Assembly: GCF_008831285.2 (NCBI RefSeq)
Contig: NC_045138.2
Coordinates: 32,240,001-32,304,000, forward strand
Direction of reading: 5' to 3'
Origin: Nymphaea colorata
Lineage: Eukaryota
DNA length: 64,000 bases
Shown piece after piece: positions 24,881 to 38,791 of the stretch. The position numbers and the translations under genes are program-made. Under the pieces are notes generated by a model that saw only the letters and a program-made list of their open reading frames with translations, was not told the DNA's origin and did not search any database. Numbering within the stretch: the first letter of the stretch is position 1; every line of letters begins with the position of its first letter.

Positions 24881-27800
24881 ATGAAACAAGAAGAGAAGAG
24901 AGAGAGAGAGAGAGTTGGATTTTTTTTTTCTGATGCGAAGGGATTTTTTTTATCAGTATTTTTGGGGAAGTGTTTCAGTCGAGCTCCCCTAAACAACTCT
25001 CTCTTTCTCTCTCATCCTTCCCTTTAAAAAATAATATATAGATAAAGAAATTGCGTGCTTCGATTGACGAGAGAGAGAGAGAGAGAGAGAAGAGGAAGGA
25101 TGTGGGGTCCACGGTGGAGGGCGAGAACCCGCAGGCTGCCGGTGGACGACGAGATGTCGAATGACCTTTTTGCCCTTATTCCCAACGAGTGATAAATGAG
25201 CTCCAGGAGAGGTGCTTATACTATTCTTTTAAAAGACTATTTCGCCCTCGAAGAATTTGTGAATGGCCGGCCAGTGTCGATCCGTTCGGGTTAATCGCGT
25301 CCGACCCGGTTTCATTTAGCTTATTTTCGATTTTTTTTTTTTTTTTTTTTGCTTGGTGAATCTATTCTCTCTTCCAGCTAACTCCGTTCCAACTTTCGAA
25401 AAATTATTGTTCTAGGCGTAGTGGGCTGAATCGCTTGGTTTTTTTATTTTTTGAAATAGAAAATGTTTGAACATATTAGAATTATTTATTTTAATGAAAA
25501 ATAGTTTTTAATATTTGGGCCCATTGACAAAGGATTAGTTTGAGTCCAGAATGGAATAGATTCGATTTATAGACCAATTTGTACAACAGTAATTGAAACC
25601 TTATTAACAATATTTTCAATTTGAGAAAAATAAAACCAATTGCATCCGATATTTAACTAAATTATATGATTTTTATATCTGTTTCTTCTCCTATTTTTCG
25701 TCTCCCTTAACATGAATTATTGTGTGGAAAATGAAAATTTTTTGGATATTTTTCAAGGAAAAATTAGGCCACCAACTTGTTGAAAACGTTGTCTCTTGGA
25801 GGAAACCATACTCACTTCCGTTGTCCGGATCACCAGAGTCACTCGAAAGTTGTGTTTGTCACAAACACAAAGTGGGAGTTTCCAAGTTGAACTCGACCAA
25901 TCATTAAGCTTTTGGACGGGTTTTGGCGGACCATATTAAGCCAACGCAAACATTGGAATATTAAGTTTTTTTTTTTTTCTTTTGGTATCATTAAGTTTTT
26001 TTTTTAATTATTTAAATAATATTTTTTGTTGATCCACAATTGGTACAACTGAATCGTTTCAGTGCAACCTAGACGATTGGGTTCGGTTTTCAAATTATAA
26101 TTAAATATTTACATAATTCATAATAATTGACAAAATTTCACTCATTCTATGTTGTTTTTTTTTTCATTTATTTCCATATTTGTTCTTACGATTTTAAATC
26201 AAACCATTTTATTTTTATCAAATTCTTGGAAACACGTCTTGTTCTTTACTTGGTGGCTTGTTTTGATATCAAAACTTTCTTGATCCGAGGGGCATAACTT
26301 AATTGGTCAAGTTAGCAGATTAGTGAGAGTTTGGTCGTCAGTTTGTTTCTAGTGAGTTTGGACTACCAATGATAATGAAAGTTCAAGTCTGATTCACGGA
26401 GTATTTTGGTTTTCTAAAATTATGAGAAAATCCTTTTGATCTCAAACAGGAATTGGATAGGGGGGGCTTTGTTCCTTTCTTCCAAAGTCGAGGAATTTTA
26501 TTTTTTTGAATTTTTTTCTTAAATTGATGTCAACGAAATCTCACATTCAGAATCATGTCATCCTTTTGGTCCTCCTCAAACAGTTTCTTCAGTACAAGAG
26601 AAAGAATATTTTGAGGAATTAATGGAAAAAAGCATGATAAGATTCAACACCAGACACTCTATTGTAAAAGTATTACCTAATTGACTCAAAAAAACAAAAA
26701 AAAAAAGTTATGTATTTTCTGTTTCAAAAAACTTTAATTTTAAGAAATTCAAATATCATAGTGATTCATTTATCCCAACAACTCAAAGAAGCAACTTTTT
26801 TTTTCTTTTCCTTTTGTTTTATTCTCTAAAAGCACCAGCATCTAGGAATGCATGAAAGATGCGTGTAGTCATGCACTTCTAAAGCAGTATTAGAAGGTTT
26901 TCAAAAAGCTTTTGGTGTTTTCGGCTGACTCTTTTTGTTTGACTGTACAACCAACCGACTAATTAATCATATATACATACATACACACATATACAAAAAA
27001 TGCGTATGCGTCGTCTATTGATAAAATGTCGCATTACCTGCCGTTCCTATCATTGGTTCAAATTTCAAAACCAATTGCTCCTTCTACAAAGTCAATTGTA
27101 CTTCTCATAACCCATAGTAATTTCCCACAAGTAAAATTTTAAAAACTTGAGAAAATAACATGTTAACTACATTGGAAACAAATAATTATTGAAACAAATA
27201 AATTTACAAAGTACTTCTTCAAAACCATCATATATTTGGTGACCCAGAAAAAAATGTTTGGCGATAAAATCATAGCTTGTGAAAAGACGAAGAAATGAAT
27301 CAAGGGTAACGCGGTAAATTCCTCGCCAAAACTTAAAAGTTGCCGATGGCCAAAGTCTCGCCGCGGAATTCGTGCCGATCCCGTAAGGACATAAACGTCA
27401 TTTTGATGTTTTCGTGCAGCTGCCTGAATTCACCGTACCAGCTTGGCAACCTCATCGTCATTTGGTCGCACCCGAGAGGGTTATCTTGTCTTTTCACATC
27501 CGTCCGAGAGTACGCGTCAGACCGTTTGACGGTCTAGTCCCAAATCATCACGAAGTTTCACGCCGCAGAGAAAATTCGCGCGCTGTGGAAACACCCTCGG
27601 AATTGGAGATAAACTTCGAAAATGCCATTCGCCGGCCCCTTTCAGGATAAATCTCCTCGGGGCAAAGTACAGGCGCTGTAGGCCGTGAAAGTGACGATTG
27701 CGTCTCCCCACACCTGTCGCTCTCGTCGGAGTCTGGGCTCGCCTGGGTGCGCCGGTCCAAGCCCAGGTGGGTCCTGACCTTTTGGCTGCATTTAGTTCGC

Positions 27801-28910
27801 CACAGTATCTGGGTCAGGGCTAGGTCGCTATGGTTGAGCCTGGACCCTGTCCAACCCTCCCTCATGGACCCACCTCCATCACTTTCCGGTCCAATCTATA
27901 AATATAAATATAAATATAGATAGAAATGATATGTATACATACATGTGTATATATAAATTAAAATTAACCAGTTGATTCTCTTGTTAAAAGTGCTATGAAA
28001 CTGTGGCTAATGAATAAAAACCTACTGCCATATAATAAACCATTGAGAAGATCGCCAAGTTTTCGTGATTCGCTGTCGAACACCAAGCCTATTCCAACAG
28101 CTCGGACTCAGAAGCTTGTAGCATTGGTCATGATAAACCCCAATTTATGACTTCCCCCTTAGCAGAAGGCGAAGAGATGAATCAATTGATTCATAGGATC
28201 CCATGTCGGTGCGGGACTGAGAGGGCTCGAACCGGCAGCTTCCGCCTTGACAGGGCAGTTTTGATGGCTAACTTATCCTTTCTAAAGATTTTAAACGATG
28301 ATTTTAAGAATTTAACCATCCGACAACATTTGGTCGCTGGCTGATTTCAGTTTCTCTTCTCACTCTCTTTCTATATATATATATATATATATATATCATT
28401 GTTTCACATTTCTTTTCAAATGGGATGGGAAGAAGATGATAAAGAAGAATCTAGAATCTAGAAGTAATCAGGAAGCTCTCTCAAGAAAAGCCAAACATGT
28501 GGCAATCTTTGCCGATGTTAGGATATGCTCATACACTTTTTGGCTTTTTCTAAATGCTGTCATCAATGGTTCATGTTTGTGGACTTCCTAATTTTTCTAA
28601 GCAAGCATAGCAAAATTGAATCACTTAAAGAAGATTTTGATTCTTTGTATAGTTGTAAAGCATAGTTCAACCATCTCTCTCTCAGTCACTCTCTCTCTAA
28701 AGTTAGTACTATTAGAATTGAGGAAAAGTTGGGATAAGGTAAGAGGGCTTTGTCGTTTCTCTTTCTAGCATATTTTGATAAGATTTGACTCCAAATATAT
28801 TTATATTTACACTAAGTTTGATACACCAAAATAGTATTAATAAAAAAGATAATATTTTCTTTCAAGTAGGCTGCGTTGATCAATGGGTGAAGTGAATGTC
28901 TTTTTGGAGT

Positions 28911-29124
28911 AGCATACTAGGCGGCAAGGCGGTGCGGTGCACCTCAAAGGGGTCCAAGGTTCAAATCCCGTGGTCACTATGACGACCTAATGCACTCATT
29001 CCCTAAACCGTAATAGGTCCCAACACAATCTTTGTGAACCCTGGTGGTGACCGACACATGAAAGAAGCAGTTGCGTCTCTTTCGGGGCGGAGGCAGTGCA
29101 ATGAACCACTTTCTCTAAAAAAGA
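28911..29124 (+). mobile_element. tRNA-derived SINE
   Basis: A-box-like TAGCATACTAGG at 28910, perfect B-box GGTTCAAATCC at 28958-28968, short A tail, and flanking direct repeat AATGTCTTTTTGGAGT / AATGCATTTTTGGAGT. Confidence 0.7.
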
Positions 29125-30420
29125 AATGCATTTTTGGAGTTAAACACAAGAGACTAAGCTGTTTGACTCTTTAAATGCAATTCATGCATTTATTCTGATA
29201 GCGTGCTTTAGGGCAATTAAACCACTGGGTGGCATATAACTGAAGCTTAACAAAGGATGCTTGATTCCCATGAAAACCATACTTTTATCACATATGTAAT
29301 AAATAACTCAGCCATTTATATAAATATCTACTCGGTCCCTCCCCCTCTTTAAGATCATAATAGTTGGATCATGAATTTTTCCACTTCCATAAGATTTGGA
29401 TCGAAAAATGGATCTTGGCATTATCCAAACATCAAAATTTTGGCATTTGCGATTTGAACCGTTATGTTCCGGAGTCTCCAACGCAAAAAAACTAATTTTA
29501 TTTGTATTTAAATTCATAATCAAGATCCAGATCCAGTAGAATCATACTAGTTGTACTTTGGTCCAAGTTCCCAATTAAGTCTAGTGACCCATTGACAAAA
29601 AAAAAAAAAAAAATCCCCCCACAATATCTCCCCAGCTACATGAGACACTAAGATCAAGCAAGGCTATTTAAACTCATAAAGGGCATTCCAAGCCCTACTT
29701 TGTTTGAGAAAAGAAATTATAAAAAAAAAAACTTTTTTTATATGCTTAAATCAGTCAGAGATATTTGTTTTGGAAAGCTTTATGCACTAAACTTTGTTGG
29801 TAGTCAATAAAATAATAATAATAATAAATAGTTCACATATGATGCATCATCTTCAATTTAGTGGTAGTTATCATGATGGAAAATCCTGTTTCTTCCACAG
29901 TTATGACTGTCTAGTCACAGAGAGAGGACATCATATCAGGTCCCCCAACTCCTGTTTGGGCAAAAGATGAAATTGGGGCATTAATGCTACCACACAAGAA
30001 GAAGGAAACTCTGAAGAAAAAGGCTGAAAAGAAGTTGATCTTTTTGGGCACTCAAAACCATGAAAAGGTGAACACTTTGGGAGTTCCACACACCTGCTGC
30101 TGCTTCTGTCCCATGCCCCTTCCTTTTTCCACTTTACACATCAGTCATTTGGGGCTTGTGCTTAAGCATCCATTCCAATGATCCACAAAAAAAAACCCTA
30201 AAATCTCTTCCAACTTGCAGAAACAGCTTGAGGCAAATGTACTTTCATGCTTTTTTAATTCTTTTATGTTTTACATGCCTTTTCAAATGTGAGTTCTCAC
30301 CTCAAGAGCATAAGAACAGAGAGTTTTTTGGCTGTTAATATGCTTGACTTTTTCATAGCTTTGTTTTTTTTTTTTTCTCTCTCTCTCTCTCTTTAGTGGA
30401 TTGTAGTGTCAAATTAGGAG

Positions 30421-30595
30421 CAGGGGCGGAGCGAGAAATTTTTTCTGGCTGCGGGGCAGTAGTAATAAATTTTGAAATTTTAAGGGGAACCAACATGTAA
30501 ATAAGAAAAATTGCCCTAAGTTGTCTACAGAAAAATACATATTTTTTACGGCTCAGGCTCGGTGTAGACGTTGCCCACACCTGTCTCTGCCCATG
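30421..30595. mobile_element. hAT MITE (CAGNGGCGGA-TIR family), internally deleted
   Basis: CAGGGGCGGAGC start and body similar to 19040-19248; no TSD. Confidence 0.55.
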
Positions 30596-30766
30596 ACCAT
30601 GCCTCAGTAAATTAATATCCTTTTCACACAACTTTTTCTTTTTTTACTGCCCTCCTGCTTTTCAATCCAAAATGACAAACTTGTTTGCTCTTAAATTTTG
30701 AAAAGAATTGGGAGAACGCTTTTAATTTTGAGAGCTAAAGATTAGTCTAAGATCAAGGTTGTGCTT

Positions 30767-30943
30767 CAGAGCCACAAGGTGGCTAGTGTGGGCAGTTGCC
30801 TACAGCAGCCTCACAAACTTTACTTATTTTTATGTTAATAATTTTATATATTTGGTTGTTTATATACATGTATAGGTGCCCCTCAAAACATTAAGGTTAT
30901 TGAATTAGTGCCTCCACCAGCCAAAGTTTCTGGCTCCGCTAGT
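30767..30943. mobile_element. hAT MITE (CAGNGGCGGA-TIR family)
   Basis: Right end TGGCTCCGCTAGT; perfect TSD TTGTGCTT; inverted relative of 9879-10045. Confidence 0.72.
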
Positions 30944-32074
30944 TTGTGCTTCCTTGACACCCTTTAGAGACCGTTTTGATCGTCATTAGATCATCATCCA
31001 AACACTCTTTAAACACTATTTTAGAGAAAAAAAAACCTCTAAAATGGTGTTTAAGGGTGTGATTCAAACACGACCCAAGTCTTTTTACAAAGTGAAACTC
31101 ATTCACTTATCTAGGAAGTTGGACTTAAAAGATTCAAACTAAAAGAGAACTGTCTCTATTGGAAGAAAATTAACCTAAGCTCAGTTCGCATATCTAAAGA
31201 AATAGAAAAAAATGTTGTGAATATCAATATCGGGGGTTGATCATATTGACTGACATGCAATATTGGCCAGCATCAGCCAGTCTTGTGATTTGAATAATAT
31301 TGTATCAATTATGAAAGGAAAGGAAAGGAAAGGAAGGGAAGGGGACCCGCTGGTGCTGCTCCATACTGCCCCATACTGTAGGCATCGTAATTCTATTTAA
31401 AGCATGTCTTGTTGAAGAACAGTTTGATGATGAAAAAGTAAAAAGTGAAAATATTTTTCCTCCAACAACAATAGTAAAGGACCGAATTCTTTTGAATGAA
31501 GAATGTAAAACGCGAGAAATTTTGTTCATGAAATATTCATTTCCGAAGTCCTTAATTTGAATTGCGGCCATAATATCAACAAGTATCAGATCTGCACCAC
31601 ATTCAGGTTGAACAAATCAAGGAAAATTACATACTTATTGAACTTGGGCAGCTTAAGCAATTTGCAGGAATGAAAAGTGCTTACATTTTTATATATTTAC
31701 GTGCAATTATTTTTTGAATCCTTTTTATCTATCTTTGCAACCAAAAAAAAAAAAAAACTCTTTAATCAAATTCATATTCAATATTTACAGGTTTCTTTTT
31801 TTCTTTTTTCGGGCATTGATCTCTTCACTCTTCTCAACGTAATTTCTCTTAGAACTTTTTTAATGAAGTTTTTATGCTCATATACCAATCATATACCAAT
31901 CCGTGAAGTTAGAAAATTTTCATGACCTGGACCGAATTATAGTTTTAAAATTTTAACACCGACCAAAATACTAACTTTTCAAAATTTTTCTATAAAATAA
32001 ATGGAATTTTCTAAAATATATATGTGAATTTTAAAACTTTTTTTCCTGGAGTTGGGGTTGGGGGCAGGGCCCTT

Positions 32075-32076
<2 letters not shown>

Positions 32077-32170
<94 letters not shown>
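32077..32170. repeat. Compound microsatellite (CT)n(AT)n
   Basis: Directly visible. Confidence 0.95.
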
Positions 32171-32172
<2 letters not shown>

Positions 32173-33273
32173 CAAATAAACATAAAGTAGTCTCTCATAT
32201 CTTGACTATAATAGTTGCAATATGAAACGGACCAAGGATTTGGAAAAGAAAGAGAAAAGTTCAAGTGGGTGGTAATGGAATCCAGTTAGGTGCTCTTTAA
32301 TTTTACAATTATAAGTTGACTGATATAAAAATGCCCTTCGCTATGCATGTGGAAGCCAAGTTTCTACGTTATTCCCGTCTTCACTTTTTGGTTGAAGTGT
32401 CACAAACAATTGGTTAATGATGTCACATAAAGGCAAATGACAAAAAACTAAGCACATCCTAAGACATGCCCCAACTCAAGGAGAAGTCCCTTATTATATG
32501 CATACTTTTAATGCTAAGCTTATGATAGAAGCAAAACCACTTTGATTTTTAGGAAAATGTCACTGTCTAGGGTGACCCAGATTTGGAAAGCAGCATATAT
32601 TATATCTACATATGCATATGTTTTGGTAGGTGTATATAAATAATATGATATGATTCTCAACTTGGCGAACTTCATTACTATGTCATATTATATGGCAGCT
32701 GCATGTTTTCATGCTACACGTAAAGGCACGACTGAACAATTCCCGGAATTTCCCAAAGCGACTTCTCTGAATAGATTAATATTATTGGAAACAACTTGAT
32801 AGTGCCCACCAATGCAAGAAACCTTCTGATCCTTATAATAAATAATGGAGTATAAGCTTATAAGAGTAAGAATCTTTTTTTTTTCTCTCTCTCTCTCTAT
32901 CTCTTTTGCTTGTTGGTGAGGTTCCCTGTACACCCACATTTGACCAAGTCAGCTGCTTTTCTCTCACTAAATGGGCCCAAAAGATGTGTTTGATTAGGAA
33001 TCACACACGCGGCATATTTTTTCTCCCTTCCAAGAAGATTTATACTTTTCTTAGTTAATAAGTTTGGGTTCTTGTTGGTTGTTGGGGTTTTAAATCGCTC
33101 GAAAATCTCCCCCGTGTCACACCAATGGAACAACTCGTGACGTGTGCTCCACTTGTAAAAGTTTAATAATTCATCATCTTTGAAGGCACGAAGCTCTTTA
33201 AAAAGAGGAACTTGATCAATAAAAATGACTTCTCTAGGTGTTTAATATAACTATTTTTCGTGGAATGCGGAAG

Positions 33274-33304
<31 letters not shown>

Positions 33305-33828
33305 AAACTGATATCAAGAAATGAGGCTATTAGTTTTATGTGCAAGTGTTCGCCTTGGCGTGTCCGTTCCGTTCCCACGGACACAAGGATCAATAATGCG
33401 AGGGCTGAACGTGGCTTGCGTCCGAAAATGCAGTCCGTTTTACCCTTTTTTTTAACTTGAATGCGAGTTCGAATATCAAGATTAAATAACTTCTGACTTT
33501 TACCTATGAGAGTAGAAAATATTTGTCAGAGGAAAATGTGATATATATATATATATATATAGTTAAGATCATCAATTTTCACTGTTACTATGTGGTGCAC
33601 ATCATGTATAATTTTTTATTTTTCTTATTAGACCAGGTAAGAGTCCAATTGAAAGATTGATTTTTGTGAACATTACTGTGTGACATTCTAATGGATGGAT
33701 AGATATATCACTCTTTCACCCAAGTCTAGAAGTTGTCCTGTGGCTAAACAAATCATAAGTTGTTGCTATAAAGTGAAATTTTCCAGCCACTCAAACCTTT
33801 GTCATGTGATTGGCTACCAATTGGAAGA

Positions 33829-33888
<60 letters not shown>

Positions 33889-34283
33889 AACGGAAGAATA
33901 ACACTAGTTATTTAGAGTCATTTAACCAGTTAATTAAAAGTGTTCAATCTATGATGGTTAAGAAAAACCAAGATGACTATATATATATATATATATACGC
34001 GGACGAACCAATTTATCGTACATTATATATATCAAAATGATTAATTTTTTAGAAAACAAAGGCTAAAGGGGAGAAAGATACTTAGTTTTGAGGAAACTGG
34101 CAGTATGAAATGATGTTACCTTTTCTCTCTCTCTACCCCTTTTCTCCGACGGGTGAGGTTAAAGTTGAAAAGGTTAAAACCCACTGTTTTTTAACTTTAG
34201 CCATAAAGGGCACAAGCTGACAGGGTACTGCCCCAAGTACTGGTTTTAGAGAGAGAGAGAGAGGATCTAATGAAAGGTCACGG

Positions 34284-36087
34284 GTGGGGTCCACGTGAAA
34301 TGAGCGGCATGGTTTCTCCACCCATTTTACAACTTTACCCTTCACCCTCATCCATAAATGCATGGGACCCACAGAACCCGGCGTCCTTCCGAGGCACGAA
34401 ATGGCTTCGGAGATTTTTTTTTTTTTTTTTTTGTAAACAGAAAAAAAATAAAAAAGGTGCGCAGAAAAAAAAAAATCTAGTGAGGGAAAGGGAAGGCACT
34501 GAAAGCTGGAGAGAGGAGAGGGGCGGGACCCACGGCTGAGCCCAACACGTGTTCCCGTCCTTGGTGGTGACGTGGCGCGTTCCTGGACGTTGATGTGGGT
34601 GATCGGTACATTCATAAATTTTGACCAATCAGGACCGTCAAGGTTCTGAGCTGTCGCTTTAACAGTGATCTTCTGCCTCCACGCTCGAGTTTACGATTCT
34701 ACCCTTACGAAACCCCGTAATGACGCCCATGTCCCTCCAGTTAATTAATTTTCATCGTCCTTGATTATTAGCAGCTTAATTATCCACGCATGCCGTTAAT
34801 ATGAGACGGAAAATATCGGCGATATATTTCCCTCCTATATAAAATGTAGCTAATGTCTTCATCCTGAAATTTCACCTTCAAATTTATATTTGCCAAATTC
34901 CAACCGTTAATAATGTGTTGCCAATGAGTAGTAGTTTGGAGCCTGAAATGTGAACGGTGAGGGAAGAAATACATAGCAAAGAAAACATATGCTATTGTTG
35001 ATAAGTTGAGGAACAACATACATTCAACGATATTTGTTATAAACATAGAATGCAACTTATGCGATGTTTTCCAATAACAAACATATAAATTTAGTTACAT
35101 TATACTTTTGTGACAACACAATTATGAAAGGGCAACAATATATAACTAATTTTCATCAACACAACTAATGCCCCACGCACCAACATTAAGTAATTTTCCA
35201 TCAAAATCATTTACTACAATTAGCATATGTTTTAAATATTACAATTTGATACTAGGGATCCACTTTGAATTCCTTCAGATCCCCTCCATTATCACAAGGC
35301 GTGAACCGTATTGGGTTTAATAAAGCTTGACTGATCCGTTAAAACTTGGATCTGCTAATGCTCTTAGTGCATCCGGCAATTCTCTGTTTTCTGGTCACTT
35401 TGAATATAGTGGATCAACTTCAAGGGTCGTAATATAGCTGGTTGGGCAAACAGACACATATAAAAGGTGCATTGCCTGTTCAATTCTCATTTGTGCGACT
35501 TTCCTGAACTATTAAAGGTGAAATTGCAACGCTCAAAAATTGAATGGTGCACCATAACATAACCCGAGGCTCCCCGAAGGCAAGGGAAATGAAAAGGTTT
35601 CCAAATTTTCTTGGACCCGTGGGTTGTGCAAGCCTCCTGAAATATTGTCCGTCGGATAATTGGGTCAGCCTAACTAGTATTCGGGTCTGGATTGGGTTCA
35701 GATACTGTCCAAATCAACCGGTCCGGAATCATGAAAGTCTAGGTCCACAGGCGGGTAAGTGGGCCACAACTCAAAATTATTTGGATCCGGATCCACCGAT
35801 TTGAACCCGTGATCCGATATGACGTCGTTACAGTAAAAGAGCAAGGGTATAACGGTACACTGATGCAGCCGACAAGAAAGACAAGGGCACGTGCGGCTGC
35901 TCCACTTAACAGTGAGTTGCGCACGTGAGTACAATCTATGGCACTCAAGGGGGCCCACCTTTTCAATGCTGTGGGACCCACGCATTTTGGCAGTAGGAGG
36001 ACAGCTCTTTCGTTTCAATTTTTTCAAAAATCTTCTATTTAATGTAATAATTTTTTCTTTTTGTTTTACCTGTTCAAGGGGCCCCAC
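34284..36087. promoter_or_regulatory. TCP-site and G-box clusters ~10-11 kb upstream of BRI1 and downstream of GI (putative distal enhancer)
   Basis: GGNCCCAC at 34365, 34526, 35951, 35974 and 36080; CACGTG at 34292, 34546, 35888 and 35922; ACGTGGC at 34570. Confidence 0.45.
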
Positions 36088-38491
36088 GATCTTTATGAGA
36101 ACTGGGCTCCACATTCATTCATGAAAGGCTTGGGGCAGCTGTGACTGCAATATACATTATTATTATGTATATATATACAACCTCTCTCTCTTAACATTTT
36201 ACTCATGTATTATATCAGGTCGTTAAAAGAAATCCAAATGTTCAACAATTTCACTTCATATATACATATATATATAAAAGGTGAAATATTTTGACCATCG
36301 AAGGATGTGCTTTGAAGGGGTGGAGAACCTGAATCCAAGGATCCCATCCGCCTTCCATCCAAAGGCTGGTGAATCTGAACTGAGAAATCCAAGGTGCCTA
36401 TACAAACACGCACTACATAGAGAATGAGACACAGAGAGGGTCCTCTGATGATGATGTAAGAGTGAAGTTAATTAAAACATTGAATAGGAGGGCCTATTTA
36501 ATCCATAATATTGACTAAATTCTAGCCATACCCACGCTCTCTCTCTCTCTCGCTCTCTCTCTACACACACACACCTTTATAGTATTTTTTTTTTTTTTTA
36601 CTATGGTTGCATTTGTACTTATAGTCCCCTAAATAAACATGAATATACGGTAAAAAACGAACACATATAAATCAACCCTTCACTTAGAAGTTAAATGAAC
36701 AGGTAACAAAATGGGACGGATTTTTCCGGCCTTTTCCCCCTTCCTCTCGCACTTTATCTATGCTTCTTTTTGGTTTTTCATTTTTGCGACGACTGTCAAC
36801 ACCTAAAGATTTCTGAATTCTGGAAGAGAAAGGTTTGAAAATTTAGTCCCGTTTTCAAACTAGTTTTACTCGAAAACTATAAAGATGCGTTTTCACAGAG
36901 GCTGGAATCTTGGAAGATAGGAACGTTTGAAACTCTTTTGGAAGACTGTTGCACGAGAGAGAGAGAGAGAGAGAGAGATCCCTCTTCATCAACCTTCATA
37001 CATACGAATTTTTTCGTGGTCGGCTTCCAATAAATAGACCAAAAACTTGTAATCATAAAAATTGCTGCGGCCTTTTTTATATTTATGTGAAATCAGACAT
37101 CCAGTTGCCCAGTTACTCATCTTGCTTAAAATAATAAGATGAATGCATCTGTATGGTTTCATAATGAATATGAAAATATAATAATTGTGAACGGTAAGAA
37201 GGGAATACTCTTAAAGTGTCCATCGAGGAAGACGCTAAAAGGGGGTCGCAAAAAAAGTAGGCGACTATCAGATGGGCACAGTTATCACAAGTATCCTTCT
37301 CAGTAGTGTCATTTCCGGCCCCAAATAATAGGTGGGCCGATATGGTTTTGCAATCAGCTATCATTTTACAGATGCGTTCAATTGTAAAAATTCTTTCAAG
37401 GTCCTATGATGTCTATGCCTTTTCTTCACTTGCAAAACTTTCGGAAAATTTGGTTTTTGTTTTTTCGATTGTTGATTTTATTTTTGATGATATAACAGTA
37501 TTTCCAAGTTTCGTTCAAGATTTGAGGCGCCAGTCGATGTTCTCCATTTGAACTTATGTTACATATATGAAGCAACTCATTATTCTCAAAAACCCCTAGA
37601 AATTTATCATAGGAGCAGCAATTCATTATTTCAGAACCCCTATAGCAGCTGCGATTCCATTTGGTCAATGAGAGGAGAAAAACAAATGTGCTTTTGCAGA
37701 TGGTGGTTCGTTGTGGTTTTTATGTCTAGAATGCGTGGACAATACCAAGATGAATAAATTAAAAAACCACCATTCAAGAGGAAATGGAAACAACAAACGT
37801 TCCGAACCATATATTTAGAGAAACTTGAGATTGTAGTTTCTGAATGAACAACCATAAATTGGAGCTCCCCTGCATAATGTAAAGAAGCATAGGCAAGATA
37901 GCCGAAGACAGACAATACTACCTATGTAAAGCTTTTTATTGCCATTAGCAAATTAATGGACCATTTTTTAGTTAAGATCAACACAATCCAACATAAACAC
38001 AAGCCAGAAGAGGCAAGGTATCGCCGAGACCCAATTGCTGGTATTTAACCAATCTGAGATTTCCTTCCCAACTGCCGCATAACTAATCTTTTCCTCCTCC
38101 AGCTAAAAATTTCCTACTGCCATTTCATATTTACAAGCAAACAGAACACAAAGCAATTCAGGAGGCCATGCGTATCTGCAATTGCAGCTTCGTATACAGT
38201 AGCTGGAATATGAACACAACACACAAATATTACATATACTCGAATGCCTGTCCGTAAATTAATAATGGAGTAAAGTATTTTACTGAAAAGAAATGCTAGC
38301 GCTTATTCCTAGGTCATGTAGTCTGTCATCAATATTACATATAACCACCTAATGCAGTCCAACAAGATCAGTACCAACTACCAATAAATGGGCTCCAAAG
38401 GCCAAGAAAATAACTTATGTGAAACTTCACACATCTTGATCATGCAAGGTAGATGTAAGCAATAGCAGCTGAGAAAGCGTTTGAGAAGAAG

Positions 38492-38791
38492 TCAATCTGG
38501 GAGAGCACAACCCAGCTCCTTTGCAGCAGCAGAAAGCAAAGCAAGGGTCAATCCAGCTGCACGCCTACTTTGTACCTCCCATGCTATGCATTTCTCTAGA
38601 TCAGCGTGCCAATTGATGGTACCAATAGCTAATTTACGATATGGAGGAACAGGAATTCCCCTTACATCCTCCTGCGCTGGAAAGGACTTGAGGGAATCAA
38701 TATGTAAGATGTCCCGGAGAAGTGAAGTGCTCAGTGCACGCACATGTGCACTAGGATGAGACAAGCAGCAAACAGTTGCAGGAAGGCGACA
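38492..38791 (-). CDS. GI: GI last coding exon ([23 protein letters not shown]...[11 protein letters not shown])
   Basis: GI C-terminal peptide, ttgcAG acceptor, TGA stop. Confidence 0.93.
   Translation of the reverse strand, partial: CRLPATVCCLSHPSAHVRALSTSLLRDILHIDSLKSFPAQEDVRGIPVPPYRKLAIGTINWHADLEKCIAWEVQSRRAAGLTLALLSAAAKELGCALPD

Noticed and set aside
28911..28980. Possible tRNA gene (perfect B-box)
   Set aside because: No cloverleaf; the long tail, A-run and TSD indicate a SINE.
35884..35894. AGGGCACGTGC match to the 3' half of miR164
   Set aside because: Partial match only and no fold-back; better explained as a G-box context.
36830..37920. Unique-looking sequence with several short ORFs 3' of GI
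   Set aside because: No recognisable protein, organellar or viral motif by eye; nothing supportable without BLAST.
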